A stretch of DNA of 24,658 nucleotides from positions 1 through 24,658 of the IMG/VR virus record IMGVR_UViG_3300042376_000178; one strand, 5' to 3'. Shown one piece after another: positions 23,139-24,658 of the stretch. The notes below the pieces were generated by a model, which worked only from the letters and a program-made list of their open reading frames with translations, did no database searches and was not told the DNA's origin. The position numbers and the translations under genes were made by a program. Source of the stretch: a virus. Lineage: Duplodnaviria; Caudoviricetes. The number at the start of each line of letters is the position of its first letter. The stretch's first letter is position 1.

Positions 23139-24173
23139 ATGGGTCAATTCAAACCAATGGTCAAGATGGAGACCACAGAGCCCTCAGTTGAGCTGAAGCT
23201 CAAAAAGGGTGGCAAGGTAGCCAAGAAGGCTGACGGAGGCATGATGGGCGCTCCTATGGGCTCTATGCCCGCTCGTGGCGGCATGATGGGTGCCAAGGCT
23301 CCGATGCGCCCGCCTCTGGCAATGCGTCGCCGTGCGATGCGCGGTATGCCGTCCGGTGCGGGTCCTGCCGGTCCGATCGGTGGCGCTGCTCAGATGCAAT
23401 CTGCAATGCCTCCTTCAATGCCGCCTCCGATGCCGTCCGCCCCGATGAAAAAAGGTGGCAAGGCTGACATGGGGCAAGACAAGGCCATGATCAAAAAGGC
23501 TTTCAAGCAGCACGACATGCAAGAGCATAAGGGCGGCAAGGGCACGTCCCTCAAGCTCAAGCACGGCGGCAAGATGGCCACCGGCGGCGTAGTGAACGGC
23601 CAAGGCGGCTTTGCTACCGGCGGTGTGGTCAATGGCCAAGGTGGGTTTGCCACTGGTGGCGTTGCCAAATCAAACGGCGGCGGTTACAAAAAAGGCGGCA
23701 AGATCAAAGGCATGATGGACGGCGGCATGGCTGGTGACGGCATGATGGGTGGCGGGATGATGGATGATGCCGCTTACAAAAAAGGTGGTGCCCCAAAAAA
23801 AGCCTACGCGGCGGGGGGTACTGTTAACTCAGGCCGTCCCGTCGCGATGCCGCAAGGCAACAAAAAGCCATCACAGCCCGTGAGGATTGACCAATTGTCC
23901 GGTACCTTTAAACAGGGCGGCACGGTCAAAATGAATGGCGGTGGCTCTTCCTCTGACAAGGGGGAGGATATGTCCAAAGGTGCTTATGACAAAGCGCCAA
24001 AGTACAGCCGTGACGTTGAGGATGCATTAAATCCTGTTGGCATGATCAAAGAACTGGCCGGTAAGGCAAGGGACTTCTTCATGCCCAAGAAGACTGCTGA
24101 CAGTGTGACCAAGACCAAAGAGTCAGTCACCGTGACGCCCGCCAAAAAACGCGGTGGTTCGGTGAAGTGCTGA
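23139..24173 (+). CDS. Gly/Met/Lys-rich low-complexity protein with ~15 xxGG motifs
   Basis: AAGGAG RBS before ATG at 23139; LKKGG, MKKGG, MATGG, FATGG, YKKGG, YAAGG, FKQGG etc. Confidence 0.75.
   Translation: MGQFKPMVKMETTEPSVELKLKKGGKVAKKADGGMMGAPMGSMPARGGMMGAKAPMRPPLAMRRRAMRGMPSGAGPAGPIGGAAQMQSAMPPSMPPPMPSAPMKKGGKADMGQDKAMIKKAFKQHDMQEHKGGKGTSLKLKHGGKMATGGVVNGQGGFATGGVVNGQGGFATGGVAKSNGGGYKKGGKIKGMMDGGMAGDGMMGGGMMDDAAYKKGGAPKKAYAAGGTVNSGRPVAMPQGNKKPSQPVRIDQLSGTFKQGGTVKMNGGGSSSDKGEDMSKGAYDKAPKYSRDVEDALNPVGMIKELAGKARDFFMPKKTADSVTKTKESVTVTPAKKRGGSVKC
23577..23663 (+). repeat. 36-nt-period coding repeat (ATGGVVNGQGGF x2 + partial)
   Basis: Units start at 23577, 23613 and 23649; the differences between the two full units are synonymous. 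Confidence 0.8.
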
Positions 24174-24176
24174 ACC

Positions 24177-24213
24177 AAAGTGGGGGCTTCGGCTCCCACT
24201 TTTAATTTATTTT
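24177..24213 (+). terminator. Rho-independent terminator
   Basis: AAAGTGGGGGC-TTCG-GCTCCCACTTT followed by a T-rich tract. Confidence 0.8.
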
Positions 24214-24223
24214 GGAGACCCAC

Positions 24224-24658
24224 ATGGGAACTTATTCTTCTGCAACACGCCAAGGTGCGTATGAGCCATTTGAACTGCAAGTAGCCCGTGGGCAAGTTGA
24301 TGGTCACAAAACCTTATTTAAGTTCGGCATCAACGGTGATGTCGGCACATCCGTAGAAACAGTTTGGGCACAAGGCGGAACGTATGCATACCCCGCTTCT
24401 GCCACTGTAATGAAAATCTCTAGCTCAAGTGCAGACGATACTTCTGCTGGAACTGGCGCAAGAACAATTGCTATTTTTGGTCTTGATGCAAATTACAACG
24501 AAATTAGCGAGTCTGTCCTATTAGATGGGCAAACAGCAGTCAATACTGGCAACAGTTACTTGCGTATTTCTCGTATGTATGTAACCACCGCTGGTTCTGG
24601 TGCAACTGCCGTAGGAACTATCTACGCTGGCACTGGCACTGTTACTTCGGGCGTACCA
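24224..24658 (+). CDS. Probable virion structural protein (3' truncated)
   Basis: GGAG RBS, ATG at 24224, open to the window end: MGTYSSATRQGAYEPFELQVARGQVDGH...GTGARTIAIFGLDANY... Confidence 0.75.
   Translation, partial: MGTYSSATRQGAYEPFELQVARGQVDGHKTLFKFGINGDVGTSVETVWAQGGTYAYPASATVMKISSSSADDTSAGTGARTIAIFGLDANYNEISESVLLDGQTAVNTGNSYLRISRMYVTTAGSGATAVGTIYAGTGTVTSGVP

Overview
Uninterrupted, all plus-strand segment of a tailed dsDNA phage (or prophage) genome. Order: 3' end of a replication-initiator-like gene, RusA, Ref-like HNH nuclease, then a run of small accessory genes behind four copies of a repeated promoter/operator/leader cassette (2.85-5.64 kb). Next come terS and an intein-containing terL, a ~340-nt highly structured non-coding region, a ~1490-aa multidomain 'polyvalent' protein, portal, GroES-like co-chaperonin, scaffold, major capsid and further virion genes. 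The standout is the TerL intein (8778-9605). It carries no recognisable nuclease in its own frame. Instead, a complete HNH + double zinc-finger endonuclease gene with its own RBS, start and stop (9029-9562) is nested in an alternative frame, exactly where an intein homing endonuclease normally sits. Other notable items are a second overprinted gene with its own promoter and RBS inside the polyvalent gene, a pseudoknotted candidate ncRNA after terL, and a shared [M/F/Y/L/K]xxGG motif punctuating two putative virion proteins. All family calls are from motif recognition by eye; no searches were run.
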